NCBI GenBank assembly: GCA_963702435.1
Contig: CAVPCR010000004.1
Location: 128,001-192,000, forward strand
Length of the DNA: 64,000 nucleotides
Direction of reading: 5' to 3'
Source of the DNA: Candidatus Eiseniibacteriota bacterium
Lineage (GTDB): Bacteria; Eisenbacteria; RBG-16-71-46; CAVPCR01
Below are positions 36,663 through 46,874 of the stretch, in pieces; position 1 is the first letter of the stretch; each line of letters opens with the position of its first letter. The notes beneath the pieces are model-generated. The model made no database searches. It worked only from the letters and a program-made list of their open reading frames with translations, and was not told the DNA's origin. Made by a program: the position numbers and the translations under genes.

Positions 36663-37556
36663 TTGACTCGTTCAAAGCGATGCGTCGCCGCCGCCTTTTC
36701 GATCGGATGCATGCTCGCGGCCCTGATCGGCTGCGGGAGTCCGGGGGATCGCGCCGGCGACGAGACGCGCCCGGCCGCCGGCGCGGACTCGACGGCTGCC
36801 GCGCCGGCCCCGGCCTTCGATCCCGCGGGATCGGATCCGCGGGCGGTCGAGGTCGCTGATCGCGTGATGGCCGGCCTCGGCGGCGAGGCGGCCTGGGCCG
36901 GGACGCGGAGCCTCGTGTTCACCTTCGCCGTCGCCCGCGGCGACACCGAGCTCACGCGGCGCGCGCACTACTGGGATCGCACGACCGGCCGCCATCGCGT
37001 CGAGTACAGGGATCGCGACCAGCGCTCCTTCGTCGTCATCCACACGATCGGGGACACGACCCTGAGCGCGGTCCAGGCCGCTGTCGGTGGCACGCCCATC
37101 TCCGATCGCGACGAGCTGCGAGGATTGCAGGAAGTTGCTCATGCCATGTGGGTGAACGACGGCTACTGGCTCCTCATGCCGTACAAGCTCAAGGATCCCG
37201 GCGTCCATCTCGCCCACGAGGGCGAGAAGGGCGAGGACGGCCGCACGTGGGAGGTGATCCGCCTGTCCTTCGATCAGGTGGGGCTCACCCCCGGGGACCA
37301 GTACTGGGCCTACGTGAACCGCGCGACGGGGCTCATGGAACGATGGGCCTTCCGCCTCGAGAGCATGCCGCCCGACGCCGAACCCAAGGCGTTCGACTGG
37401 ATGAACTGGCGGCAGTACGGCGGGATCCTGCTCGCGGATGCGAAGGTCGCGGTGGGCGGGAACCAGCGGATCTTCTACCCGGTTCTCGCGGTCGCCGGCG
37501 AGCTGCCGGTGGGGACATTCACGTCCACCGCACCGGTCGTGCTCCCGGCCCTGTGA
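36663..37556 (+). CDS. Hypothetical lipoprotein
   Basis: GAGGAGG RBS then TTG; LIGC lipobox; conserved-looking GGEAAW, WVNDGYWLLMPYKLKDPGV, GLTPGDQY. Confidence 0.8.
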   Translation: MTRSKRCVAAAFSIGCMLAALIGCGSPGDRAGDETRPAAGADSTAAAPAPAFDPAGSDPRAVEVADRVMAGLGGEAAWAGTRSLVFTFAVARGDTELTRRAHYWDRTTGRHRVEYRDRDQRSFVVIHTIGDTTLSAVQAAVGGTPISDRDELRGLQEVAHAMWVNDGYWLLMPYKLKDPGVHLAHEGEKGEDGRTWEVIRLSFDQVGLTPGDQYWAYVNRATGLMERWAFRLESMPPDAEPKAFDWMNWRQYGGILLADAKVAVGGNQRIFYPVLAVAGELPVGTFTSTAPVVLPAL

Positions 37557-37709
37557 TCGCGCTCGGATCGCCGGGTCCGGATCGCGGGCCGCCTGGCTCG
37601 GCCCGGAGCTGGAGGGCCGGGTCTCACGGTCTTCCCGGCGGGCCGGCGAGCGCGTGACACGGCCGGAGGCAGGGGGAAGCAGGGGCGCCGGAGCATCGCG
37701 CCTGGTCCC

Positions 37710-38144
37710 TCACCGCGCCTGCGCCAGCATCCACACCACGAGCGCGCTCCGCAGGGTCCAGGCCGCGGTCCGCACCCAGTTCGTGGCCACCAGCCGCCGA
37801 TGGGCGCGCGCGTCGAATCCTCTGGCGAGCGCGTGGTGCTGGGGCACCTGGAGAAACGCGGTCGAAACCCAGATCACGCCGACGAGCCCCGCTCCGACCC
37901 AGGGCACGAGGGAGGGTATCCCCGGCGGAGGCTGCGCAACCAGCATGGCCGCCGCTCCCGCCTCCACCAGCATGGGCGGCGCAACCACCCAGGTGATCCG
38001 GCGCGCGTGCCGTCGTTCGTAGCGCGGGAAGCGCTCCGCCCCGACCTCGGCCATGAGCGGGTAGTGGACCGCCTGCACGATCCAGATCGCCCCCGTCATG
38101 AAGAGCGTCGCCGCGGCTTGGCCGAGGAGCAGCGCGTGAATCAT
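37710..38144 (-). CDS. Small membrane protein
   Basis: FMTGAIWIVQAVHYP, STAFLQVPQH, NWVRTAAW; about four TM helices; ATGA-coupled. Confidence 0.8.
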   Translation of the reverse strand: MIHALLLGQAAATLFMTGAIWIVQAVHYPLMAEVGAERFPRYERRHARRITWVVAPPMLVEAGAAAMLVAQPPPGIPSLVPWVGAGLVGVIWVSTAFLQVPQHHALARGFDARAHRRLVATNWVRTAAWTLRSALVVWMLAQAR

Positions 38145-39400
38145 GGGGCGAGCGACTCCGCCACCGCCTCCGCCGCGCGCCGTCCGCTCGAGAGGGCCCC
38201 CTGCAGGGAGCCCGTGTCGCGGCAGTCGCCACAGACGAAGAGCCACCGGTGCACGCGCGCCGGGCGCTCGACCGGGTCCAGGCACTCGGGGCGCTGATCG
38301 GGGAGCGCGTAGGCGATCCGGTACGTGCGCAGGTGGCGCCAGGCCTCGACCTGGGGGCCGAACCACCGTCCGAGCTGCGCGCGCACCGCCCGCTCGAGAT
38401 CCGCGTCGCTCGCGGCCGGGAGACCGAGCACGCTCGCCGAGACGAGGGACTTCCCCTCCGGGGCATACTCGGGCGCGACCGCGCTCGGCACGCACAGGTT
38501 GTTGACGGGCCCCGTTCCCTCGCCGTCGAGGACCAGGATCGGCTCGCGAAGCGGTGCGCGGTCGGCCGCGAAGTAGAGGCAGGTCACGCCGCGCCCCTCC
38601 GGCGGGGGCGGATCGCCGACGAGGCGCGCGGCCTCGGGGCCTTCCACCGCCACCACCGTCGCCCGCGCGGGGACGCGCTCCCCGGTCGAGAGCGTGACTT
38701 CCCCGTCGTCGACGGCCTCGACACGCGCCCCGTAGCGCACCGTCTCCCCGGGAAGCCGATCGACGAGCGCCGTGGCCAAGCTCCCCATGCCTGCCGTTGG
38801 GAGCGCGGCCGGCCCCTCGGCGAACATGCGGAAGACGAACTCGAACATGCGGCTCGACGTGACGAGCTCGCGCTCGAGGAAGATGCCTCCCAGGAACGGG
38901 CGGAAGAACCGCGTGAGGAGCGACCCGGAGATCCCCGCCTCGAGCAGATGCTCCAGGGTCGTTCGCGCCGGCCGCTCGCGCAGCTCGGCCAGCGAACCTT
39001 GTCTCGCCCTGTTGCGAAGCGCCAGCACGCGCAGCTTCTCCGCGGTCGAGCCCACCGGCGAGAAGAGCGTGGCCACCGCCTGCCAGGGGCGGCGCCAGGG
39101 GTCGCTCACGCGGTGGAACCGGCCGCCCGCGAAGACGAGGGCCCCCGGCGCGAAGCGCCGCAGGCGGAGGGCCTTGTAGTCGAAGCACCGCCGCGCCTCC
39201 GGATACGCGGTGAGGAGCACCTGGAAGCCGCGGTCGAGCCGGTACCCCTCCATCGAATCGGTGCGCACCCGCCCGCCCGGCCGGTCCGCGGTCTCGAGGA
39301 CGAGCGGGCGCAGTCCGCGCTCCCGCAGGCGAAGCGCGCAGGAGAGCCCGGCCATGCCCGCCCCCACGACGACCACGTCATGCTGCGACGGTTCGCGCAT
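38141..39400 (-). CDS. Flavin-containing amine oxidase/phytoene-desaturase-like oxidoreductase
   Basis: VVGAGMAGL, GGRVRTD, LDRGFQVLLTAYP, CGD..SLQGALSSG. Confidence 0.9.
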   Translation of the reverse strand: MREPSQHDVVVVGAGMAGLSCALRLRERGLRPLVLETADRPGGRVRTDSMEGYRLDRGFQVLLTAYPEARRCFDYKALRLRRFAPGALVFAGGRFHRVSDPWRRPWQAVATLFSPVGSTAEKLRVLALRNRARQGSLAELRERPARTTLEHLLEAGISGSLLTRFFRPFLGGIFLERELVTSSRMFEFVFRMFAEGPAALPTAGMGSLATALVDRLPGETVRYGARVEAVDDGEVTLSTGERVPARATVVAVEGPEAARLVGDPPPPEGRGVTCLYFAADRAPLREPILVLDGEGTGPVNNLCVPSAVAPEYAPEGKSLVSASVLGLPAASDADLERAVRAQLGRWFGPQVEAWRHLRTYRIAYALPDQRPECLDPVERPARVHRWLFVCGDCRDTGSLQGALSSGRRAAEAVAESLAP

Positions 39401-39407
39401 GGGCTGG

Positions 39408-40145
39408 CTACCCGCGTGAGCGCAGCGTGCCGAGACCGCCGTCCACGCCCATGACCTGCCCGGTCACCCAACCGTGCGCGGGATCGAGGAGCCACACGAT
39501 GAGCGAGGCCACGTCCGACGGCTCTCCGATCCGGCCGAGCGGGTGCATGGCGGTGGACGCCTTGAGCGCGGCCTCGTTCGCGGTGACCCGCTCGGCCAGG
39601 TGCGTCCGCACGAGCCCCGGCGCCACCACGTTCACGCGGATGCGCCGGTAGGCGTACGATGCGGCGGCGGCCAGAGCGAGCCCCTGCACGCCCCCCTTCG
39701 CGGCCGCGATCGCCTCGTGGTTGGCAAGACCGATCCGTGCGGCGGCGGTCGAGACGAGCACGATCGCGCCCCCGTCCTTCATCATCGCCCGCGCTCCCGC
39801 CCGTACCGCGGCGAAGGCGGAGGTGAGGTTCACCTCGAGCGTCTCTTGCCACTCGGCGTCGGTCGTCAGGTGCGCCGGCTTGAGCAGGAGCGTGCCGAAG
39901 CAGTTCACGAGCCCGTCGAGGCGCCCGTGGACTTCGACCGCGCGGGAAACCGTCGCCTCCACCTGGGCCACATCGCGCGCTTCCACCTCGACCGGGGTCG
40001 CGCCCAGCGATCGGGCGAGGGGTTCGAGCCGCTCCGGGTCGCGCCCCCCGAGGACGAGCCGCCATCCGGCGGCGGCCAGACGGCGGGCGGTCTCCCCGCC
40101 GATACCGCCCGTGGCCCCCAGCACCACTCCCACCGGTGATTCCAT
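39408..40145 (-). CDS. Short-chain dehydrogenase (atypical; no YxxxK Tyr)
   Basis: GATGGIG, IVLVST, HEAIAAAKGG, RVNVVAPGL, VDGG. Start could be 40154. Confidence 0.88.
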   Translation of the reverse strand: MESPVGVVLGATGGIGGETARRLAAAGWRLVLGGRDPERLEPLARSLGATPVEVEARDVAQVEATVSRAVEVHGRLDGLVNCFGTLLLKPAHLTTDAEWQETLEVNLTSAFAAVRAGARAMMKDGGAIVLVSTAAARIGLANHEAIAAAKGGVQGLALAAAASYAYRRIRVNVVAPGLVRTHLAERVTANEAALKASTAMHPLGRIGEPSDVASLIVWLLDPAHGWVTGQVMGVDGGLGTLRSRG

Positions 40146-40191
40146 GTCACTCACTGATCTTCTCCCATTCTTGCGTTCGATCTCGTTCGAT

Positions 40192-41592
40192 CTACTGACT
40201 TCCATTTGCACTTGCGTTCGATCTACCGATCTCCATCCGCAGCGCCTCGTCCAGATCCGGGTGCCGGTGCCGGAATCCCACCTCGAGGAGGCGCCGGGGC
40301 TCGACGCGCGCCCCTCCCAGCACGAGCGCTTCCCCCATCTCGCCAGCCAAGGCCCGCACGACTGTCGCGGGAACGCGCGCCCAGGCCGGACGACCCAGCG
40401 CGCGCCCGAGGACGCGCGCGAACTCGGCCTGCCGGAGGGGCCGAGGCGCGACCGCGTTCACCGGGCCCGAGAGCGTCTCATCGAAGATCACATGGTGGAG
40501 GATCCCCACGAGATCATCCAGGGCGATCCAGCTCATCCACTGCCTCCCGTTCCCCAAGGCGCCTCCCAGGCCCATCCGATAGACGGGGAGGATGCGCTCG
40601 AGCATGCCCCCCCGCGCCGAGAGCACGACCCCGATGCGCGCGCGCACGGTCCGGATCCCCGCTGCCTCCGCCGGCCCGGCGGCGTCCTCCCACAGGCGTC
40701 CCACCTCCGCCAGGAAGTCGTGTCCCGCGTCGCTCCCCTCGTTGAGGACCTCGTCGCCGCGGTCGCCGTAGATGCCGACGGCGGAGGCGCACACGAGGAC
40801 GCGCGGCTTTCGCGCGAGGTCGGCGAGGGTGCGAGCGAGGAGCAGGGTGCCCTCCACCCGGCTCCGGCGAATCGCTTCCTTGCGCGGCGAGGTCCACCGG
40901 CCGCCGCCCACATTCTCCCCCGCGAGGTGCACCACGGCGTCGACCCCCTCGAGCGCGGCGGCATCGATGGTGCCGCGCTCGGGGTCCCAGAAGACGCCCC
41001 GCTCCCCGTCGCGGAGAGGACGGCGGACGAGGGGAAGCACCGTGTCGCCTCCGGTGGTCAGGAACGCGCGCAGCGCCGAACCCACGAGGCCGCTCGCCCC
41101 GGTCACCGCCACCGTGAGCGGTCCTTGCCCCGCGCGTGCGCGATGGCGTTCGAGATCGGTCCGGGTGCGAAGGTGGCGGAACGCGAACATCTGCTCCAGC
41201 GTCCGGCGAACGCTCTGGCCTCCGGCGAACGCGCCGAGGGCGCCCAGGGGGAGCGCGTAGTCGATCTCATCCTCGAGCGTGCTCTCCCCGCCGGGGCCGG
41301 GCAGGAAGCGGTGGGTGTGCACCCATCGCGCGAAGGGTCCGCGCACCTGCTCGTCCACGAACTGACGGCCGGGAAGGACGTCGCGATGGCGCGCCTCCCA
41401 GGTCAACGTGATCGGGCCGCGACGGAGCTTGAGAAGGACCCGCGAGCCCTCGGCGACGCCAGGGTGTCCTCCCTCCACCGAGACGCGGTCCCAGGGAGGG
41501 GTCAGCCGCTCGAACGCGCCGGGCCTGAGATGCCAGGCGGCGAGCTCCTCCGCGGGCGCCGGCATCGTGGCTCGCAGGATGAATCGAGGCAT
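40192..41592 (-). CDS. TIGR01777-family epimerase fused to an N-terminal SRPBCC domain
   Basis: AFERLTPPW, FVDEQVRGPFARWVHTH, TGASGLVG, HLAGE, SAVGIYG, GNGRQWMSWI. Confidence 0.9.
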   Translation of the reverse strand: MPRFILRATMPAPAEELAAWHLRPGAFERLTPPWDRVSVEGGHPGVAEGSRVLLKLRRGPITLTWEARHRDVLPGRQFVDEQVRGPFARWVHTHRFLPGPGGESTLEDEIDYALPLGALGAFAGGQSVRRTLEQMFAFRHLRTRTDLERHRARAGQGPLTVAVTGASGLVGSALRAFLTTGGDTVLPLVRRPLRDGERGVFWDPERGTIDAAALEGVDAVVHLAGENVGGGRWTSPRKEAIRRSRVEGTLLLARTLADLARKPRVLVCASAVGIYGDRGDEVLNEGSDAGHDFLAEVGRLWEDAAGPAEAAGIRTVRARIGVVLSARGGMLERILPVYRMGLGGALGNGRQWMSWIALDDLVGILHHVIFDETLSGPVNAVAPRPLRQAEFARVLGRALGRPAWARVPATVVRALAGEMGEALVLGGARVEPRRLLEVGFRHRHPDLDEALRMEIGRSNASANGSQ

Positions 41593-43352
41593 CAGGAGCC
41601 CTCCGCGGCGGCGCCGCCGAGATCACCGACCGCGGCGCGCAGGTCCGGGGGATCGAGCCGCCGGCCTTCGGCAAGCCCTCGTTGCACCCACTCGAACACT
41701 GCCGCGTCGTGCCGCCGCCTGACCGGCTGCCGCTTCCGCGCCGAGGCAAGGGGCAGCTTCATGCGCGGGAGATTCCCCAGCGTGTCGGCGTGGCGGGTCA
41801 GGAAGGCCCAGTAGAGGGGCGTGATCGGGCAGGTCGCGCGGGGATCGAACGCACACCCTTTGCAGTAGTCGCTCATGCGGTCGATGTAGCTTGCCCCCGA
41901 CACGTAGGGCTTGGTCGTGAACAGATCGCCCAGCGCGAAGGTGGCCATGCCGAGGACGTTCGGCTCCACGACCCAATCGTAAGCATCGATGTAGGCCGAC
42001 CAGAACCAGTCGGTGAGCTCGCGCGGCGACACGTCGAGGAGTGTGGCGAGGTTGCCGAGCACCATGAGCCGCGTGATGTGGTGGCTACACCCCTCCTCCC
42101 AGACCGAGCTAACGACCTCGTCGAGACACCGGAGCCCGGATTCGCGTCCCCACCAGGCGGCGGGCAGGGGCCCGCGCGCGCCGAGGTGGGAGGGTGAGGC
42201 TCCGCCGTCGGCAGCAGGCTTGCCGGTGCCCGTACCCTCGTTCCACCAGGCTCCGCCGAAAGCTCTCCCCCACCCCCCGTCGCCCGGGGTCGTGGCGACG
42301 ACGCCCGGGGTCGTGGCGACGGCCGGGGTCGTGGCGACGGCCGGCCGGAAGCCGCCGGGCAGCGTCCGGAATCCATCCGTCGCCTCGTGCACGTGGTGCA
42401 TGAACTCCCGCCAGCCCAGGACCTGGCGGATGAAGCCCTCCTGGCTTTGGAGCGGCACCCTCGCCTGCGCCGCGTCATGAACGACCTCTCGCGGCAGGAG
42501 CCGGTGCAGGTTGAGGAGGGGCGAGATGCGCGTGTGGAAGAGCCCCCGCGAGCGGAGGGACATGGCGTCCTCGAACGGGCCGAAGCGCGGCAGGCACTCG
42601 CGAAGCGCCCAGGACCACAGGATCCTCGCGTCGGCGGCGGAGGTGGGGAGCAACGCGCCGTCGAGCCGGCCCGGATGGCGCGCGAACCGTGTCTCCACCA
42701 GCTCGAGGACCTCCGTCTTCACCGGATCGTCCTCGAAGCGGGGCGGATCCGGAGCGGGAGGCCGACCCTCCCATCGCTTGCGGTTCTCGACATCGAAGCT
42801 GAACTTCCCCCCGCTCGGCTTGCCATCCCGGGTCATCAGCACACCGCTCTCGCGCCGCGCCAGCCGATAGAAGGCGTCCATGCGCCACGGAGGTCCCTTG
42901 GGCGCGCTCCGGGCGAAGAGCCCCCCGGTCGTGAGCCATCCCTCGTGCGGTACGATCTCCACCGCGCCGGCGCGGACGAGGAGGGAGATCTCTTCGCGCA
43001 GCTCGCGTTCGGCCGGCCGCATGACCCGGATGGGGCCCACCTCCCTCGCGAGCGACTCCAGCGCGTCGCCGAATCCGGCGCGCGCCACGACATGGCGCAC
43101 GGCGACTCCCCGTTCCGCCTGTTCGAGCGCGAACCGACGCTGGTTGGCGAGGACGAGCGCGAGCTTCAGCTTGTGGTAGGGACGGCGCGCCGCCTTCTCC
43201 GGGCTCTCGATCAGGATGATCCCCAGGTGGCGCGGGTCTTCCTGCGCGAGGGGGCCGATGCGGTCGCTGAGCTGGTCGTACGGGACGTACAGCCAGCGGC
43301 GGCCCCGCGGATCGGGGTTCCTCTCGGCAAGGGCGGCGGTGAAACGGCTCAC
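41592..43352 (-). CDS. Fe-S bacterial cryptochrome/photolyase (PhrB-like)
   Basis: YDQL, YHKLKL, MDAFYR, GGKFSFDVENR, FGPFEDAM, EGFIRQVLGWRE, HHITRLM, DAYDWV, KPY; four Cys (LRC; YCKGC; TCP). Start could be ATG 43376. Confidence 0.92.
   Translation of the reverse strand: MSRFTAALAERNPDPRGRRWLYVPYDQLSDRIGPLAQEDPRHLGIILIESPEKAARRPYHKLKLALVLANQRRFALEQAERGVAVRHVVARAGFGDALESLAREVGPIRVMRPAERELREEISLLVRAGAVEIVPHEGWLTTGGLFARSAPKGPPWRMDAFYRLARRESGVLMTRDGKPSGGKFSFDVENRKRWEGRPPAPDPPRFEDDPVKTEVLELVETRFARHPGRLDGALLPTSAADARILWSWALRECLPRFGPFEDAMSLRSRGLFHTRISPLLNLHRLLPREVVHDAAQARVPLQSQEGFIRQVLGWREFMHHVHEATDGFRTLPGGFRPAVATTPAVATTPGVVATTPGDGGWGRAFGGAWWNEGTGTGKPAADGGASPSHLGARGPLPAAWWGRESGLRCLDEVVSSVWEEGCSHHITRLMVLGNLATLLDVSPRELTDWFWSAYIDAYDWVVEPNVLGMATFALGDLFTTKPYVSGASYIDRMSDYCKGCAFDPRATCPITPLYWAFLTRHADTLGNLPRMKLPLASARKRQPVRRRHDAAVFEWVQRGLAEGRRLDPPDLRAAVGDLGGAAAEGS
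42282..42345. repeat. Three 18-21 bp tandem repeats (CCGGGGTCGTGGCGACG core) inside the photolyase gene
   Basis: Encodes PAVATT-PAVATT-PGVVATT. Confidence 0.8.
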
Positions 43353-43574
43353 GGGCGACCCCCGCTTCCCGAGCATGATTGCGCGCCGGCGCGGAGCGCG
43401 AACCCCGGGCGACCGGCATGGTGAGCCTTCACGCAGGCCCATTGTACGCACCTCGTACTCACCTCGCGTCCGCGCCACCTCTCACCTCCTCTCACCTCCT
43501 CGATCGAGCGCTGCATGCTCCCCTGGCCCCGTCTCGCCCTGTGATGGTGCTCGAGGCTCCGCGACCGCCCGCTC

Positions 43575-44279
43575 TCACGTCCTCGTGACCGTGATCAAGT
43601 CGATCGCGCGCGAGCGCCCGTTCCAGTAGATGTTGACCTTTCGCGTCGTCGCGGCGAGCCCGGCCGCCGCCGCCGCCGCGATGAAGGCGCCGACGTAGGG
43701 GCGGCCCGCGTCCGTGATGAGGGCGTGCCCGGAGGGCTTGAGGATCCGCGGCAGGAGGGCCGCGATCGGCGCGACGCTCCGCGCCTCGTAGAGCACATCG
43801 GCGGCGATCGCGAGATCGAAATCGCCGGGCCAGTCGGCGTCGCGCCAGTCGAGGACCGCGGTCTGGATCGCGAGCCCGTTGCGGGCCGCGTTGGCTCGCG
43901 CGAACTCGAGCGCGGCGGCTTCGTAGTCGGTGACGAGCACGTCCGCGCCGGCCCGCGCCGCGGCGAGTCCGGCGAGCCCCACCCCGGCGCCCACCTCGAT
44001 GACGCGCCGGCCGTTGAGATCGAGCTCGAGGAGATGCCGCCCGAGCGCGACCGAGGCGGGCCAGATGTCGGCCCAGTACGGGATGCGCTCGTCGCGGGCG
44101 AACTCCGCCGGATCCACGTTCTCCATGAGCGCCATCGGATCGGCGGGGTGCACGATGTCGAGGACGATCGCGCCGAGGGAGACGCGGCGGAGCCGCGCGG
44201 CGCCGGCCGGGGTCGGCGGGTGCTCGGCAGGCGGTCGCTCGCGGTGACGGGGGCTTTGGGCTCGTCGCTGGTCGCTCAT
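43575..44279 (-). CDS. SAM-dependent methyltransferase (protein-lysine methyltransferase-like)
   Basis: PYWADIWPAS, IEVGAGVGL, VTDY, LDWR, AADVLYE. Confidence 0.88.
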   Translation of the reverse strand: MSDQRRAQSPRHRERPPAEHPPTPAGAARLRRVSLGAIVLDIVHPADPMALMENVDPAEFARDERIPYWADIWPASVALGRHLLELDLNGRRVIEVGAGVGLAGLAAARAGADVLVTDYEAAALEFARANAARNGLAIQTAVLDWRDADWPGDFDLAIAADVLYEARSVAPIAALLPRILKPSGHALITDAGRPYVGAFIAAAAAAGLAATTRKVNIYWNGRSRAIDLITVTRT

Positions 44280-44288
44280 CGTGCCATC

Positions 44289-46850
44289 ATGGACAGGATG
44301 AACAGGATGATAGCGTGCCGGCGCCCGCAGCGGCGGGTCTTGTTCCTGAGCTCCGTGCTGGCGCTCGCCCTGGCCGCCCCCGCGTCGAGCGCCGGGATCG
44401 ATTTCAGCCCGGCCCGTCGCGACTTCGTCGCCGGCCGCCTGGTGCGCGATGTCGCGGCCATCGACTTCGACGAGGACGGCCTTCTCGATCTCGCCTGCGT
44501 GCGCTTCACCTTTCCCGGTGCGGTCACCCTCCTCCGCGGCGACGGGGCCGGGCACTTCACGTTCGCGAGCGAGCTCGTCGCTGGCGATGGCGCGACCTCG
44601 ATCCTGGCCGCCGACTTCGATGAGGACGGACACGTCGATCTGATCACGACCGGATTCGTGGACCAGGAGACGGGCACCCTCGGCTTCCATCGGAACGAAG
44701 GCGGCGGCGTCTTCACGACGACCAGCACGCTCTTTCCCGGCGAGAATCCGTTCCACGTCAACGGCGGGGATTTCGACGGGGACGGGCATCTCGACCTCGT
44801 CGCCGGCGGTACCGGGGACGGGCTCGTGCGCGTCCTCACCGGCGACGGCACCGGCCGCTTCAAGCTCGAGCACACGCTCCCCGGCGGGAGCGTGCCGCAG
44901 CACGTCGGGGTCGGCGACGTGGATGCCGACGGCGATCTCGATCTCGCCGTGGCCGACAATCGCGGCGGCGTCCTCCTCTACATGGGAAACGGGGCCGGCG
45001 GCTTCGCCCCGGCCGGCGCGCTCGCCACCGCCGCCGCGCCGGTGTGGATCGACATCCGCGCGGCGGGCGACCCCGCGCGGCCCTTCCTTGCGGTGGCGGA
45101 GATCGGCGACCCGCCGCTCGATCGCGACGGGGTCGAGGTCTTCCAGTGGAACCCGGACACGAGGTCGCTCGACCTCGTGGGTCAGGTCGACGCCCCGGGC
45201 GATCCGAGCGCGGTCGCCTTCCTCGAACCGGTGTTCTTCCACGAAGCGGAGAGGAGCCCGGCGGAAGAGGCATACGAGCGGCGCCCCGGGCTCGCCGTCG
45301 CGAGCCAGAGCTCCGCCGAGCTCCGGCTCTTCCGCTCGCTCGACGCCGAGCCGCTCGTCCTCCTCACGACCGACACGCCGACCGCGGTGCGCATCGCCGA
45401 CTGGGATCAAGACGGGATCCGCGACCTCGTCCTCCCGAGCTTCAACCTCGAGTCGGTGAGCTTCTTCGCGGGTTCGGGCGCGCTCGCCGCGCACGCGCCG
45501 GCGGTCCTCGTGTCCGGCGTGCCGCTCACCGTGCGCGCGCTCGACTTCGACGGGAATGCGGCTCCCGACCTGGCCGTCCTCCGGCGGAACGCGCGGCAGG
45601 TGACCGTGCTCAGGGGCGGACCGCTCGACCTCGGCGTGCCGACCTTCACGCTCCTCGACGTCGGCGCGTTGTTCCCGGATGTGCCGACCGGCTTCGCCGC
45701 GTTCGATCTGGGCGATGATGCGGTCCCCGACTTCGCGGTCGGGCGTGCGGTGGGGAGCCAGCTCTGGATCTTGCGCTCGAGCGCAGCTTTCGCCCGCGAG
45801 GAGATCTTCATGGCGGGAGCCGGGCCGACCGCCATCGAGGCCGCGGATCTGGACGGCGATGGGCGCGCGGATCTCGCCGCTGCCCTCTATCTCACCGATA
45901 ACATCTCGGTGCACTTCGGGGCCGCGGGCGGCGGCTTCGCGCCGCCGTTGCCGGTTGCGGCCGGCGACGGCCCGTACGCGCTCGCGGTCGCCGATCTCGA
46001 TGCCAACGGGCTCCTGGATCTCGTCACGAGCGACGATCTCGGCCGCTCGCTCTCGGTCGCGCTCCAGGGCCCGCCGCGCGCGTTCGCGCCGGGAACGGTG
46101 CTCGCGGTCCAGGTCGGCGCGCCGCGCGGGGTCGCTGCCGGCCATCTCGATGATGACGCGTTCCTCGATCTCGCCGTGGGCGGCGAGCTCGGGCTCGAGA
46201 TCTTCGCGGGGGACGGTGCGGGCGGCTTCGCTCCGGCGCGCTTCATCGCGACCGCCGCCGAGTTCGAGGCGGTGCGCATCGCCGATCTGGATCAGGACGG
46301 GCGCGCCGATCTCGTGGCCGTGGATCGGATCGGCAACGCGGTCGCCGTGTATCCGGGTGCGGAGCCGCGCGGCGGGCGCGACGTGGGCTATCCGCCGCTC
46401 GCCTTCGGCGTGGATCGCGGGCCGGCCGACCTCGATCTCGCCGATCTCGACGGCGATGGCTGGCTCGATCTCGCCGTGCTCGATCGCCAGGACGACAAGC
46501 TCACCATGCTCCTCACGGGGCGAAAGGTGCGGGATGCCGCATCCCCCGGGCGCTCGTCTCCGGTCTCGCAGTCGCCCGAGCCGCTCCGGGTCGCGTGGAC
46601 GCGGAACCCCTTCACGGTGGAGACCGCCGCGTGCATCGATGTCGCGACAGCGGCGCCGCTCGTGCTCGAGATCTTCGATGTCACGGGGCGGCGGGTGGCG
46701 AGGGTCGCCGGCGGGCCGCCCGCTCCGGGGCGGCATGTGCTTGCGTTCACGGGGCGGGATGAGCGCGGGCGCTCGCTCGCTCGCGGGGTCTACTTCTATC
46801 GCGTCGCCGCCGGCGACCGCGCGGCGCGCGGGAAGCTCGTCAAGCGCTGA
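44289..46850 (+). CDS. Secreted FG-GAP/VCBS-repeat protein with C-terminal FlgD-Ig-like domain
   Basis: Signal peptide; more than 10 DxDxDGxxDL repeats; RNPF..IFDVTGRRV..GRDERG..GVYFYRV. Three clustered ATGs (44289/44298/44307). Confidence 0.88.
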   Translation: MDRMNRMIACRRPQRRVLFLSSVLALALAAPASSAGIDFSPARRDFVAGRLVRDVAAIDFDEDGLLDLACVRFTFPGAVTLLRGDGAGHFTFASELVAGDGATSILAADFDEDGHVDLITTGFVDQETGTLGFHRNEGGGVFTTTSTLFPGENPFHVNGGDFDGDGHLDLVAGGTGDGLVRVLTGDGTGRFKLEHTLPGGSVPQHVGVGDVDADGDLDLAVADNRGGVLLYMGNGAGGFAPAGALATAAAPVWIDIRAAGDPARPFLAVAEIGDPPLDRDGVEVFQWNPDTRSLDLVGQVDAPGDPSAVAFLEPVFFHEAERSPAEEAYERRPGLAVASQSSAELRLFRSLDAEPLVLLTTDTPTAVRIADWDQDGIRDLVLPSFNLESVSFFAGSGALAAHAPAVLVSGVPLTVRALDFDGNAAPDLAVLRRNARQVTVLRGGPLDLGVPTFTLLDVGALFPDVPTGFAAFDLGDDAVPDFAVGRAVGSQLWILRSSAAFAREEIFMAGAGPTAIEAADLDGDGRADLAAALYLTDNISVHFGAAGGGFAPPLPVAAGDGPYALAVADLDANGLLDLVTSDDLGRSLSVALQGPPRAFAPGTVLAVQVGAPRGVAAGHLDDDAFLDLAVGGELGLEIFAGDGAGGFAPARFIATAAEFEAVRIADLDQDGRADLVAVDRIGNAVAVYPGAEPRGGRDVGYPPLAFGVDRGPADLDLADLDGDGWLDLAVLDRQDDKLTMLLTGRKVRDAASPGRSSPVSQSPEPLRVAWTRNPFTVETAACIDVATAAPLVLEIFDVTGRRVARVAGGPPAPGRHVLAFTGRDERGRSLARGVYFYRVAAGDRAARGKLVKR

Positions 46851-46874
46851 CCGCGGGAGCTGCCGCCGCCTGGC

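Noticed and set aside
43575..46736. 1053-aa minus-strand ORF suggesting a giant methyltransferase fusion
   Set aside because: Only the last ~235 codons are methyltransferase; the rest is antisense to the FG-GAP gene.
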